A stretch of DNA of 64,000 nucleotides from Camelus dromedarius (GCF_036321535.1 NC_087438.1:9612001-9676000), one strand, 5' to 3'. Positions 13,585 through 27,320 are shown, numbered from the stretch's first letter. Translations and numbers: made by a program. Notes: a model not told the origin generated them from the letters alone.

Positions 13585-13715
13585 GGACATCATCGGGGAG
13601 CTTTGCAGAAATTCAGACTCTCGGGTCCCTCCCACTCCAGAACTTCAAATCAGAATCTGCATTTTAACGTGATCCACAGATGATTTTACATATGATAAAA
13701 TCTGAGAAGCCTGGC
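13585..13715. mobile_element. MER5-like element
   Basis: aaatcagaatctgcattttaac...tgagaagc. Confidence 0.65.
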
Positions 13716-15699
13716 TTTATAAATTTCTGATCTCTCTCATCAAGATATGAGTTCTCATTTCTCTGTCCCTCATGTGTGGCTTCTCAGTAGTTCTGAACCT
13801 CTGTATTTGGGTGGTGTCTGTGTGTCTTAGGTGAAGAAGAAAGCAAATTTCCTGTAGTATCCTTATATGTTTTATATTCCTTATCATGTTTCTTAGCCAA
13901 CAATGATAAATAGGCTCTAGAAAGAATCCCATTCCCACGTGGAAATAAGAGGAGGAATTAAAAAATAAGCGGGCTTTATGATCACAGGAAATGTTTGACA
14001 TCTACCCGGTACCAACTGTTCTCCTGTAGAGAGATGGATAACTTTTCAAGAAGAATGTCAGGACTGACTGCATTAACCTTGAAACATCAGTCCCTTTGGG
14101 TTGCAAATTTCTGAAATCTCAAAGGTGAGGCTTTTTGGAAGAAAAGGGCAAAGGGGAAAGTGGTGGTGGTGGAAGAAATAATCCTGCCTCAGAAGTAAAA
14201 ATGAGGGTCTCTGAAACTAAAACCTGGGCTGTCTCATGGTCAAAAGTGGCATTTATCTCTACCATTCTCCTAAGCGAAATGCATGCACCTGTCAGGTAGA
14301 AATACTAGCATCTACCACTCCCTCCAGGAAAACGTATCTTCCTAGAAAAGTTTAAAATAAAAAGGCATCGACTCCTTTTCACCAGCAGGGAACTGATGTC
14401 CTGAAGAACTGAGCAACTGAACAATCACAGATTATAGAGTTATAGTTTTGAAGAATCCTTAGATAGCAATTTGCCTGTGATTATTTACAATCCAGGTATC
14501 TCTTGAAATAAAATTTTGGTCTGCCATTTTAGAGAATCAATACTTTTTAAGAGTTCATTGAGAAAAGTGCTATTCAAACAGTGAGATGGAATAACATACT
14601 GACTCATCAATCTATAGTCAGAGGACTAGCCACAATGACACCAAGAAGGAATAGGAGCAGAGAAGTGAAACTAGATACAGAAAGGAGCTGGGGGTGGGGT
14701 ACAGTGTGGGGATGGGGAGTCAGGTGTGAAATCAACGAGGTCTTGAACACACTCTATTTCTCCTGAGAATGAAATAACGAACATTGATGAAAAAAATCTG
14801 TGTATTATATAATGTGACCCTAAAGCCACGATTCAGTTGGCACACAATTTTTAGAGACAGTCCCCACCCACCACCACTGCACTTGATGTAAACTGGTTCA
14901 TATAACTTAACATCAGAAAATAAGGAAGTGTTAGCAGAAAAAGAATCATCTTTCATTTAAATAGTTCTCTAACAAGGAAAGGTTAAATCTCAGAAATTAC
15001 TGCTGGAAAAAAAAAAAAAAGAAATTACTGCTGAAAAATGCCATTTTTCTTTTGACATTTTAGGTCACTAGCACTGCTGTTTGGTAATTCCACATTTTAG
15101 ACCTGCAAAATCATTTTTCCCCTCCAGTGTTCTTTCTTTTCATTGCAGTATGTGTGCCACTCAGTTTGCTTTGTCTGATATTTGATTTGACTGTTATCCT
15201 ACTTCATTTCTGCTCTCTCCGTCCTCCTTTTTGGGTGTTTTTGTTTTGGTTCTTTTGGTGCTTGCTGAAAGAGTTGGATTGATAGCCCAAGAGACCAAAA
15301 TCCTCCGTTCATTCCAGAGAAAAAGTAAAGAGAAAAGCAATGAGATTGTTAGCTTTGCTGACACCCAGCATGGTCAGTCTTACTGCTGAGCCCCAGCTAC
15401 CAGAAAGCTCACCCACTGATCGTTCTGTTGTTCTTCCCCAAGTGACTGGTGACCTGTGGGGCAAGGCACAAAAATACTAATTTCTAAGGAAATACCTAAT
15501 GTCTTGGTATTTAATATGGGTGGTAAGTGAAATCTGCAAAAAGATAGAGAACACATATGTCTCTTAGCTATCCCATTTCTTACCCCCAGACTGCAGTGGA
15601 CTTGGCATAACTTGGTAACAAGCTTGCAAAATTTGATATGTGTGCTTATGTGCACAGGCAATGCACACAGGCATGTGTGTGGGCATGTATGTATCTGTG

Positions 15700-15845
15700 G
15701 TAAATTCTCAAACTTTTCATGTATTCTATCACCAGGGATCTTGTTAAATTTCAGACTGTAAATGATCTGTGACCTGAAATTCTGCATTTCTAGTAAGTTC
15801 TCAGGGTGCTGCTGGTCCAGGGACCTACATTTTGAGTGACAAAGT
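15700..15845. mobile_element. MER5-like element
   Basis: ttctcaaactt...tctgcatttctagtaagttctcagggtgctgctggtccagggacctacattttgag. Confidence 0.7.
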
Positions 15846-17324
15846 TTATGTGTATTTGGAAACGACCAAGAAGTACTTGTCACCAATCAAATGCCTCCCT
15901 CAGTTATTTCTGGAGTTGGTTTCATGATAGAAATAAGGAAATTACCTTGATACCTAAACCACTATCACTTCTGCATCAGTTCATTTCATCATGGTGACAA
16001 ACACTGATGGAATAAGGAATCCATAATTCAGGAAGAATCTACATTTATCTAACAAATGCTCTCTCATGTGTAAAGCCCTGGAGCAGTACTAGAACCATAA
16101 ACTTGTAGAGTAGAGGGTGCTCATACCATGCCCTCATTCTTAAACTTGGGCAGTCTGTTAATTGGTACAAGCCCTCTTGGCTGGTTGGGAGCGTGCCCTA
16201 GGAGTCTCCAGCTGACATGAATTATTTATTAACCCACCTTTAGCTGGAGTCTAGACCAAATTTTATTTTCCAAACAATTGCCTTTTTGTCTGCTTTCATC
16301 ATAGTGGTTGACCTCAACATGCTATCATTTTAAGCAGCAAGGAGAAATATGCATAATTTAAAAAAAAAATAGCCAGAAATGCTTCTTGTCCAATCACTAA
16401 AGGTTAATTTTTAACTTTGAGAGAACTCAATACCTAGTCTACAAGCCCATTCTCAAGGCAAAATGCTAGGGCATTTGCTTATATAACGAAGACTATTGGT
16501 AGAAAATACACATTGAAGAGAGAACATTTTGAATGACACACCTTTTTAGAGTTGGAAGTTGAGAGTTTCTGAATGGAAAATTATCACAGGATGTCACTGT
16601 TCCTGGATGCTCCTTGGAATATAAGACTCGTCCTCTTTCTTTATGTCTATAAACATCAGAAACATACATATGTCTGCAATGAAAAGACAAAATCAAAAAG
16701 TAAGCAAAATTTCATGTCATTTTCCTTTTATTTTACTTTTAATTTTTCCTTATTATTCTTATTTTTTCATTTACCATCATCTTCAGAGCCTGATCAACAA
16801 GACACCAACCATCTGCTTAAATCCTCACAATGCTGCACCTCATATTTTTGTCTTTCCTCCACTGGATCTATTCCTCCCCATTTTTTATGGTCTCTGAGTG
16901 TAACATTATTATACATTTATGTCCAAAGAACTGACATGACCTTCTCTGCTCTAGAAAAACAAGCATTACATTATTCTGCTTGAGGGTTTCTTCTCAACGA
17001 AGCAGACCACACTTTTGCTAAAAATTAAGAGAAATGCCTTCTAATGTGTGCAATAAACTCTGTTAAGAATAAAGCAATGATCACTTCTGATATTCAATAG
17101 GTATCATACTTATTTTCAGAAACCTCCAGGTTTGAGATTAGTGGATTACTGAGGTTGTAATACTCTGTATAAGATCATATTATAACTGAAAAGGAGTTAC
17201 ACTCTATAAATTATGCTATCTTAGAAATGGTTATTCATTTAAGCCTCAGATCGCTAAGTCCCTACTTTATCTGCCTACTGCTCTAAAAAAAGTGATATGT
17301 CTCAAAAAGTTGCCAAGAGGGATG

Positions 17325-17490
17325 CCTAGAACTATTTTTCTGAATAATATTCCTCAGAACACCAGTTATGAGAATTATCAATAGATATTGTTCTAAAAAT
17401 GAAAAACTATAACCAAGTAGCTTTGAAAAGCATGGATCCAAACATATTTAAACACGCTGTTTATTGCAGGGCTTCTCTGAGCTTTGAGAG
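17325..17490. mobile_element. MER103-like hAT element, probably interrupted by the following LTR
   Basis: tttattgcagggcttctctgagcttt and ttcctcagaacaccagtt motifs. Confidence 0.5.
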
Positions 17491-17494
17491 TTCC

Positions 17495-17890
17495 ATAGCC
17501 GAGACTGGCTAGATAGATGCTGACCACTTCTGTTTTCTACTTCTAGACACATAGGATTGCCACATTTCCCAGCTGTCTTATTATTAATGTTGGGGCCACG
17601 TGACTGGTTTTATCCAATAGAACATGGTCAGAGTGATATGTACCACTTCCAGGCCATCACATGTCCCACCTCATTCTCTTACTTGCTTCACTGCTTGGGA
17701 AGCTGAATACAAAGGGTCCATTAGGGACCCCCAATGAAGCTGCGGGTGGTGGCACCAAAACGAGGGAAGGAACCACATGTTAAATCATACATGGAGGGCC
17801 ACTTACTACACACATAATCATATTATGACCTGAGTGAAACCTGGCTTATATTAAGCCACTGAGATGTTAGGGGTGCTTGTTACAGCGGAT
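17495..17890 (+). mobile_element. MaLR solo LTR (MLT1I/J-like)
   Basis: catttcccagc...gggccacgtgactgg...ccacttccaggcc...ttaagccactgagatgttagggtgcttgttacagc. Confidence 0.75.
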
Positions 17891-18607
17891 TTGTGATAGC
17901 CACACAATTGCCTTTCTGGCTCCATTTTGGCAAATATTTCATAAATCTACTTTAATCATTGACTTTCCTCTTCAAATGCTTTTGTGGGCTTTATGTTAAC
18001 CTTATGAAAGATTTGAGCATCTATAATCAGCATTCACAGCCCGCCTCCATCTGGGTGTGATCTGACACCCTCCTCCTTGGGTTGAAAGCTCACTCCAGCG
18101 GACCCACTGTGAATAAAAGGCCACTTCCGTGCTCCCTTCCACGACGAAATCCCGCAACATCACAGTCACGCGTAAAGGTTCACTTTGCAGACTAAATCCA
18201 AAGGCAAGGTTCTAGTTCACAGTGCTCTTTCTTTACTGTAAATTGTGCTTCCTGCCTTTCATTTTTATATATTCATATTTTAGAAAACTGCTCAGTCAAT
18301 CAAAAAAAATGCTTATCAGACATCTATTCGGTATCAGGTACCAGACTAGGTCCTGAATATAGAGTAGGAAACGAAGGCTCTGATCCCTGCTCCCCATGAA
18401 GCTAACATTCTAGAAATAAACTACAATTTCTCAGAAGGGGCAATGTCTTACTGCCCTTTTTTAAACGTCTAGTACATAACATAATTCACTGAGGATACTC
18501 AACACGTGGAAGTGTCATTGCAGTTGTCACCTTGGCAAGACTTTCCTTTAATTATATATTCTCTTGCGTATTTTCTTTGCATTCGTCTGTTTTTTGCCTA
18601 AGGAGAC

Positions 18608-19202
18608 TATGGTAGCCACAGTTCAAAAGATATGCCCAGAAAATCCCCGTCCCTCGGTCTTTCAATTAAAACACTAATCTAGGCACTGCTCTTAAGGATC
18701 TCTGCAGATGTGAATTAAGGCCCTGAACCAACTGGCCTGGAATAGATAAATCACCCTGGGCTATCCAGCTCTGCTTAACATAATCACACAAGCAGTAGAA
18801 GGCAGAAAAGCCAATCTCAGAGATGCAGCAGAAGGGGAAATTAGATATTTGAAGAATGAAATTGCTGGAGACAGGCCACATAAAAGGCAGCAAAAGAATG
18901 GCTGTCAGCCTGGAGGAGCAAGTCTGGCCCCTGCCTGACAGCCAGCAAGGAAATGGGGGCCCTGAGTCCTACGACTACAAGCAACTGAGTTCATCCAACC
19001 ACCTGAAGGCTCTTGAAAGCAGATTCTTTCCAAGAGCCTCTCGGACCTTGATTTTGCCCTTATGAGTCTCAAAAGAGAGGACCAAGCTGAGCCATCCTGT
19101 GCTTGGTATTTTGATCTGCAGAGCAGGGAGGTAATACACTGTGTTGTTTTTAAGTCACTAGTTTGTAGTAACTTGCTATGGCAGTGATTGAAAACTAACA
19201 CA
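18608..19202 (+). mobile_element. MaLR solo LTR (MLT1E-like)
   Basis: aacactaatctaggcactgct...ctgacagccagcaaggaaatggg...ttttaagtcactagtttgtagtaacttgctatggcagtgattgaaaactaacaca. Confidence 0.85.
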
Positions 19203-19584
19203 GATTTATTAATTTATTTATTTATTCTTCAAACCACACAGGTGGAGTGACTGGTGTGAGCAGGGCTATAGGTAGTAGAAATACAAAGCTACAAAGACAC
19301 GGCCCCGGGACTTTCATTCCCATAGCCGTTGCCCCACCCTCTGCAGTGTCACAAGCTACCTGGCCATTCACCCTCCACTGGCAACCTTGAGGTGTCTCCT
19401 CTGTCCCTGTTGGGGTGATGTCAGAGGAGATCTAGTGAGGAGTCAGGATTTTCTCATCAGAATCCTGCAGTAATGAGGCCAGCCCTCCTTGGTGTCCGTG
19501 GCGACCGCTTGGGGATCCCAAACTCCCAACCCCGGCAGCAGTGATGAGGAACCCCTCTCCACCAAAGGCCAGTGGAGACCAAGT

Positions 19585-20200
19585 AAGGAACCTGAGCCAA
19601 GAGAAAGGTGAGTTTTAAAGAAAAATAAAACAGCGTCCAATCCAGCAGAAAAATCAAGTAAAATTATGGCTTCAAAAAGTGTACTGTATGTTATTTTGAG
19701 ACTATTCATAGCTTTAAACATTAAGTGATCTGCAGTAGATAGCGGAGGGTGTAGGTGGATGATGGTATAATTGTAATTTATGTTATGTAAGACATAAATA
19801 CAGAATATAAAGTGGTTTATCTTCTCTTCTGTTTTTTGTTTTGTTTTGTTTTTAGGAAACTTGGCTATGAAGACAAGGCACAGAATATAGCTAGAAGTAG
19901 AGGGAGGGATGTTTGTTATACAAGACGGGAGAAATTTAAATATATTTCCACCACGAAGAGAGAGATTCTTCAGAGAAAAAGGGATGAACAACTGTAGAGC
20001 AGGAATGATTGACTGTGGAAGTTCTCCAGGAGACCATGGGGACTCCAATTACTAAGGGATTAGCCTTGGACAGGAAAAGGCTTCCATCCCTTTTGAGATC
20101 TCAGAGCAGGGAAGAATGCTGAGCAGAAAGACATATGTTTTTAGTGGCAGGGGATCCAGTCAACAGAGTGCTCTCTCAATGGCTTTGGGATTTTCTCAGT
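19585..20200 (-). mobile_element. L2 LINE relic
   Basis: gagccaagagaaagg...cagcagaaaaatcaagt...aggaaacttggctatgaag. The minus-strand ORF fragment (IILLDFSAGLDAV) resembles the L2 RT motif ILLDLSAAFDTV. Confidence 0.6.
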
Positions 20201-21538
20201 AGGTTAGAGATGCTGTAATTTGCAAATAGTAAAGAGGAAGAAATGTAAGTGTTTTTAGGGTAGTCAAAGACATATACTGAGCCAATATAATTAAGAAGTA
20301 ATTCTCTGATCAGTAATTATAATAAATTAAAGCAACAATGTCTTAGTTTTTTTGAGCACTCTCATTATTTTTGAAAAATAATTTCTTCTCGTCCTTTGTA
20401 ATAAAAAAGAACATTAGTAAAATTGCAATGCTTTGCTAGTGGTTTTAAAAAAGTGAATTATAGCTCTGCCATCTCTGCCAGGTATTTTCAGCCAATTTCT
20501 ACAATTTATTTGGGAAGAAAACCAAAAAAAAAAAGAGCCTATTTTTAACTACACAATCAGAAAAGAAAAATCACTGAATAATAACATCTCTCTACCTCAA
20601 TCAGCACTAGGCTGCATCATTACTTATTGGTAATAAATGTCACATTCCCCTTTCTTACCCCCTCTTCCTTTTCTTCTTTGCTGTTACAAACTGTGGATGG
20701 GCTTTGCTGTCCTAGAGGAGAGAGGTCTGGCCTTATTCTCAGTAACTGGAGATACACAGCCTGTTCAGCAAGTGTCTGAGAGGCAGAACCAACACGTGGG
20801 AGCCCAAAGACAGTGAAGCAGGAAGGGAGCGTGTTACCATCACAACAGCCAGTCTTATCAGTAAGTCCCAGGAGAGAAGTGAATGGAATAAAAATGTGAC
20901 TGAAGACATGTAAGACAGCAAAAGCCTGGTTAAAGGACTCTTTGACTAAAACAGGAAAAAAAAAAGTGCTGATGCCACCCAATAGCACAGAGGTGTCTTC
21001 TGCTGTTGCCCTATGGCCTGGCTGCACCTGAGCACAATTCTAGATACATTTCCAATCCTAATCCATCAGCATGATTAAGTATGCCCAGCAAGTACTAAGG
21101 TGTGCCAGACGCAGTGTGATGCTAGGTACAATTGCTCATTCGTTACCATGGATTATAACTGAACACCAAGCCTGAAGCAAAGTCACACATAGAACACCCA
21201 GAGGCAGGCTAGAGACAGGAAACTCTTGCATGTTTTTCCATAAAGTAATAGAGCACCTGGTTGTATTATTACCCTTTCCACTTCACCCACCATAAAAGGA
21301 GTCATTGGATGATTCTGGAACAGAGCCAGGTGATCCTTGCCCTGGTTCCACCACAGTTTGGTTCAAGGCTACTTCAAATAACTTGACCTCTTTAAAACTC
21401 AGAATTTCCTAAAAGAGAAAATTAAACTGGATCTATGGTTTGCTGAGATCCAGATACATTCAAGAATCAAATGGAAGTGATGGGCCCCACCTTGATCTCA
21501 GATACTTCATGAGCCACTTCAATCCAGCTATGGATCCA

Positions 21539-21978
21539 TTGTGGGTTGAATTGCATCTCCTAAGAAGATATGTCTCCAGATACCTGTGAATGGAACCTTA
21601 TTTGGAAATTGGGTCTTTGCAGATGTAATCATGTTAAGAAGATGTCATACTGAAATGGGAGAGAGAGGGTGGTTTGTCCTAAACCTGATCTGCTGGCATC
21701 CTTATAAGAAGAAAAGAAGAGTCACAAATATACCATGTGATGATGGAGACAGAGACTGGAGGGAGGCACCTACAAGAAAAGAATGCCAAGCATTGCTAGA
21801 AAATACCAGAATCTGGCAGAGGCAAGGAAGGCTCCTCCCCTAGAGCCTTCAGAGAGGGCATGGCCGTGCTGACACCTTATTGCAGATGTCCAGCCTCCAG
21901 AACTGTGTGAATAAATTTCTGTTGCTTTGTGCTGCCCAGTTTATGATATTTTGTTAAGCAGCCTTCAGAACTAATACA
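21539..21978 (+). mobile_element. MaLR solo LTR (MLT1C-like)
   Basis: gggttgaattg...cctgtgaatggaaccttatttggaaat...tagagccttcagagagggcatggcc...aactaataca. Confidence 0.9.
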
Positions 21979-22469
21979 GACCTCACACTGAATCCCCAGA
22001 CAAAGTGACTGTTAGTTCTCTCTGTCTCTCCCACTTGCACACACTTCATCAGCAAATCTTTTGTTAGCTTTACCTGCAGATTGTATCCAGAGTCTAGTTC
22101 CCTGATCCAAGCCACCATCAATCACCTCTTGCTTGGATAGTGCAACATGTGTCTACCTTAGTCAGAGCTGGGCTGCACCATTACTTACTGCTAATAAATG
22201 TCATGTTCCTCTTTTTTGCCCAGCTCTTCATTTTCTTCCTTCCCTGTTCCAAATCAGTGCAGTTGTGTTTTCCTGCCCTTGGTACTTGCATCTCTTTCTT
22301 CTCAACAAGGGGCTAGCAAAATAGGACACATGAGCCCCGCCTCAACCAAAGATTCTAGTTAAGGAGATTTTCCAGGGGAACTCCAAGATCTACTTTGTTT
22401 TTATCTGCTATGTGCTATCCAGTGTCAAGTCTCTTGAGAGTTTACATAGAAACTGCTTCCTGGAACCCC

Positions 22470-22662
22470 TTGTGTTTACAAACAAACTTTGTTTTTAAAA
22501 TAAAGTTTTATTAGAACATAGCCATGTCTATTCATTTATATATTGTCCATAGCTGCTTTCATGCTACAACCTCAAAGTTGAGCAGTTGCAATGGAGACTA
22601 TACAGCTCACAATGCCTAAACTATTTACTATCTGGCCCTTTATAGAAAATGTTTGCCCCCGT
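22470..22662. mobile_element. MER58A-like hAT-Charlie element
   Basis: aaataaagttttattagaacatagccatg...gcctaaactatttactatctggccctttatagaaaatgtttgcc. Confidence 0.85.
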
Positions 22663-23249
22663 TCTAGACTATCTGTGACTTTTTCAGCAACCCATTGGAA
22701 CTAGCTAGATTATCTCCCAACCCTTGGTACGATAAAATCAATAAAATTGATTTAGCTATAAAATCAGCAATAAAACAGTAATCAAGTCTGAAGACACTTC
22801 ATTTAAAATTTATTCTTTTTTTTTTTCACTGTTTCCCAATTAGCTACCTGGTAAAGTTACGTGTAAATCACTGTGATTATTACACATATGTTCTACAAAC
22901 ACTTAGACTTTGCCAGTGGCCACTCTTACAAGTTTCTCCGATGAAAGCATTCCTGATACATGCCATGACAAGAGTTGCCACTGTTGAACTGTCAGCCATA
23001 GACTCTCATTCAATGGATTTTCAACAATGATGATAGCCACGCTGTGCACAAAAACAGAATTGCTAATTATGTTCCAGTAGAGACATGTCAGTGGACAATA
23101 TAGATGTACTTCATGCTGTCATGAAGGGTCCAGTCAACTGGGTAACCCAGAAATCAAACAAATATTAGTATAAACAATACCTACTTGAATTTGTCTTACA
23201 TGCTAGAAAGGACAGTGAAGGATTTGCAGAGCAACTGGAAGAGGTGAAT

Positions 23250-23490
23250 CAGTCTTAGCTGATAGTGAGGGAGTAGGTCACAGGAGGCTTCTTTGAGGAA
23301 ATGACATTTAAACTGAGCCCAGTAGGATGCATAGGTGTTAGCTGAGCAAAGACGGAGCATTTGCCATGACCCTGAAGCAAGAGAGAGCTTTGATCAACTG
23401 CAGAAAGTCCAGTGTGGCTGGAGAGGAGTGAGCAAGGTGGAAATGATGTCAGACAAGACTGACGAGGACTGCAGGTGCCAGATCAAAGAC
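23250..23490 (-). mobile_element. L2 LINE relic
   Basis: ggtcacaggaggcttctttgaggaaatgacatttaaactgag...ccagtgtggctggagaggagtgagcaagg. Confidence 0.7.
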
Positions 23491-23499
23491 AGTCCTCCA

Positions 23500-24066
23500 C
23501 AGAGTTGGCACACTTTGTCTGTAAGGGCCAGATGGTTGGTATTTTAGGCTTTGTGGACCAAGTAGCGAAATCAAGGATATTATACAGGTACTTTATATCA
23601 GGAAAGAGAAGAAATTCTCACATTTTTATGACAAAAATCAAGACACAATAATAGTAATTATGAGGCACAATTTTTTTTTGGTAATGAAAAAGAAGAATGG
23701 AATTATTTTGCAAGGATAACATTTTGCTTAGGGCTTCAAACTTCCTATGATTAAAAATGATTAGATTTTCTGTGCTTCATCTCTGAAAATGTCTTTTCAC
23801 ACTTATAAGGTACTACCAAATACTGATACAAATCTATGAGCATATGATCTCACAGGAGTGTGTCTATCACTTGGAATCAGGCATTTATAGAATCCTATTA
23901 GATTCTTCTCTTGCTATTTGCCTTTTAGCATACCATTATGTTGCAGATGAATCATTTCCAACTGAAAATTAGGTGGAAGCTTCTCAATTGAACAGTTAAA
24001 TGGATTTTGAAAAGCAAAGTTTCCTTCGCACATGCATTGAGGTCTGAAAAGCACTACTGGAATTGT
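23500..24066 (-). mobile_element. Cheshire-like hAT-Charlie transposon fragment with decayed transposase C-terminus
   Basis: MER58-type terminus at 23500. The minus strand translates, with stop and frameshifts, as FQNPFNCSIEKLPPNFQLEMIHLQ...FYKCL...VSVFGST/YKCEKTFSEMKHRKS, the hAT dimerisation-domain motif. Confidence 0.75.
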
Positions 24067-24848
24067 AGACAGACTCTGCTGAAAGGTCATTTGTTTTACT
24101 ATATTAAATGACGCTGGATAGGCTTTCTTATTAAGTCCTACGGGGATAAAAATAGAAGATTCTAGATCACAATTAAATGGTAGCTTTTTTTAATCTCATA
24201 TGCTATGTAATTTTGTCTATTTTTTTAATTTTTTACCTTATTCCTTTAGTAGAAACCTAACTTTTGGCTCTCCACAATTCAATTTATGTGGTATATTCTT
24301 TTTGTTTTGCTTAAGTTTCGTATATACAAAAACTTACATATATATACACCAACCTTGAAGAAAAAATGATCAGGAAACACAGAACCAACAATTCAAGTTG
24401 TGAAAGATTTGAGCTGGAAATATGTAACTTCCTAGATCTTCTCTCTCTTGCTATTCTCACAGCATTTCCCACCATAGGTGAGTTCCTAGCACAGATTTTC
24501 CTTGACTCAAGATTCTGTTTCAAGAACCTCAGAGGAACTTTGCACCAAATGATTCTAAACACTTAGATGGCAATAAAGACAGCGAACAAGAGTTCATTAT
24601 AACAGTTTCACAGAACTCAATCCTACAGAGCATAATGAAAAAGAGAAGTTAATGAATTTTTTCAGTCTGCTGAGAAAACATCTCACACACTGGCATGACT
24701 GGGTGGAGAGATTTACTGTGATTGTGCTTCTCCCTGTGCCAAAGCGTGATCCCTTCAAAGACAAGCAAAGGAACAAAAAAATAAAACAGCATTGTCAGAT
24801 GGACCTAAGAGCTGGGTGTTGAAGGAAAGAAGGTACCTTTAATAAATA

Positions 24849-25322
24849 TGTCTGTTTAAGCTTTCTAGCGTCACATAACAAACTAACATAAACTCAGCCG
24901 TATGAAGCAATACCTGTTCATTAGCTCACGTTTCTGCAGGAAAATCCAGAGTAGTGTGACTGGGTTCCCTGCTCAAAGCTGAAACTAGTGGGCTGAGTTC
25001 TCACCTGGGGGCTCTACGGGAAAATCTGCTTCCAAGCCCATTCTTGTTGGCAGAAGTCAAGGACTACAGATTGAAGGACTGAGGTTCCCACTTCCTTGCT
25101 GGCTCTCAGCTGGGGTCTCTCACAGTTCACAGAGGCTGCCACATTCCTCAATATGTGACACCTAGTCCAACCCAATCAGATAATCTTTGATTGTACCACA
25201 TAACAACCTAATCAAAGGAGAGAAATACATCAGATTCATAATCCTGGGGGGATTGAGAAAGGGTGTGTACATAGCAGGGGGAGAATTTGAAGGGCCATCT
25301 TAGAATTCTGCCTATCCCAACA
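24849..25322 (-). mobile_element. MaLR solo LTR (MLT1E-like)
   Basis: ggggaaaatctgcttccaagcccatt...aggactgaggttcccacttccttgctggc...ggccatcttagaattctgcctatc. Confidence 0.8.
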
Positions 25323-26767
25323 GCCAATAGGATTCCAAGAGAAAAACAAGTTTGATCCACGTACATGTATATATACACCAGAGTACAATTCTTTTTCCCT
25401 TTTGACTTTTCACATTTCATTTCTGAATCTCAAAAAGTAATCTTCATCCTAGAAATGGTTTTGCAGTACAAGATTTGTAGCTGAGTGCTATGATGATTCT
25501 GTAAATAAAAACGATAAAATATCAGAGGGCAGAAGAGCTTCATGGACGTGAGAGCTCAAATAATAATTTCATTTCTAAAGCAAACATCACTCTTCTGTCA
25601 ACCAAATTTTTCCTTCTCACCTAAATATTTTCCATACAGTAGCTGAGAACATTTAGCTATAAGCATGCAAGAATGAATATTTAGGAGTGTAATATTTAAA
25701 ATAGTCAAATGTTTATAAATTCATCTCATCTTAATTTTTTTAGGAGAATAAATATTTTTGGAGTCATAAAAAGTGTCCTATTATGGGGAATGCCTGTGTA
25801 TTGTATAAAGAGAATCCATTACTTCCCACTAAGTACAAACAGTTATCAAAGAGAACACTAAAAATAAGTGCTTTTTAAACTATGAGTATCATTAACAAAT
25901 TTAGACAGACAATACACCTGCAGGTGTAACTTTATTTTCAAGTCTAGATTCAAGGATCAACCAGTATATTAAGGATCATCTTATCCATGTACCATTAAAA
26001 TTCTTATATCTCCTTCTTAAATTACATGTGTCAGAAGAAATCATAGTTATTTAATTTTACATTTTAATTAGCTCATGTTTGGCTTCAATGTCAAAAATAT
26101 TTTGTTGATTTATTATTTCAGGACTTAGTCTATACCCAACACATTTTAGGTGTTTAAAGATAGTTTTGTAGCTGAATTGAATTGAAGAGTTTTTTTTTAA
26201 TGGTAATTCAGTATAAGGCCACTAAGAAAACATTGAAACATTATTGTAGGAAATATATCCATATACATTTTTAATCAACAGAATCAATCATCAATCAAAA
26301 TGCTTCTACATATAAAATACTTTACAGAATCTTTGCTATGATTACTCATTCTCTGGGTAAAAACATCAAGTCAGGATACACAAACATTAAATTCAGAAAG
26401 GATGTATTTATAGAAAAAGAGAAAGACTGATTAAAAGCAAAAAAAAACAGTGTATAAATCAATTCAAGATTATGAGGATTGGCTGCAAGGTTGTTTTGCT
26501 TTCAGTGTGAATTTTTAAAAATAAGACTTTGTCTCAGTTGCCATGGAAAGTCAGCTTTTCTGTGCTGACATTTGTTTGCAATCTATTTGTTTCTCTGATT
26601 AACATGCTGTCTGCTAATATAAGCCTAAAAATTTAACTTTTTTGGACTGAGAAAGAGCGCTATTATTAGACATCTCTAAATTGACTAGGATGAATTATTC
26701 TTTTTTTTTTTTTCTCCAGGTATAAAACCTATCCCAATCAACTGACTGCCAGTTCTTCAGTTTCTAG

Positions 26768-27320
26768 TCTGTTCTGGTTATCCATTGCTATGTGAAGTAC
26801 CATCCCAAAACTTAGCCATTTAAGAAGTTAACACCTTCGTTATGCTTATGCATTCTGTGAGTCAAAAATTCAGACAGCGTTTGGTGGCGATGATTTATCT
26901 CTGCTCCATTATGTCTGGGAAGACCCGAACAACAGTGAGTGACTCAGCCAGTTAGGGGGTGGACTCATCTGGAAGCTTCTATGCTTACTAACCTTGTGCC
27001 TAGGCTGGAATGACATGAAGGCTAGAGACAGCTGGACTGTCTACACATGGTCTCTCCACGTGGGTTAGGCTTCTTTCATAGTGTGGCAGCCTCAGAGCAG
27101 CTGGTTTCCATGGCAGCACAGGACTCAGAGACAGCATTCTAGCAAACGTGGCAAAAGCTATATAACCTTTTACAACCTAACTTCCAAAGTAATATAGCAT
27201 TACTTCCTCTATACTTTATTGGTCAAAGTAGTCATAAAACCACCCAAGTTCAAGAGGAAGGGGCAAACACCCATATCTCAATGGGATGAATGTCAATTTT
27301 TTGCCATGTTTCAAAACCAA
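26768..27320 (-). mobile_element. MaLR solo LTR (MLT1G/H-like)
   Basis: tatccattgctatgtg...caaaacttagcc...acacatggtctctccacgtggg...caagttcaagaggaagggg. Confidence 0.75.

Noticed and set aside
15380..15886. 168-aa minus-strand ORF
   Set aside because: It runs through a MER5 element and a CA-rich tract and shows no protein similarity I can recognise.
19443..20048. Longest ORF (201 aa) and an aag/gtgagt donor at ~19608
   Set aside because: Both overlap a decayed L2. The only recognisable motif is an RT remnant.
23027..23125. C/D box snoRNA (ATGATGA present)
   Set aside because: No suitably placed CTGA box D or terminal stem.
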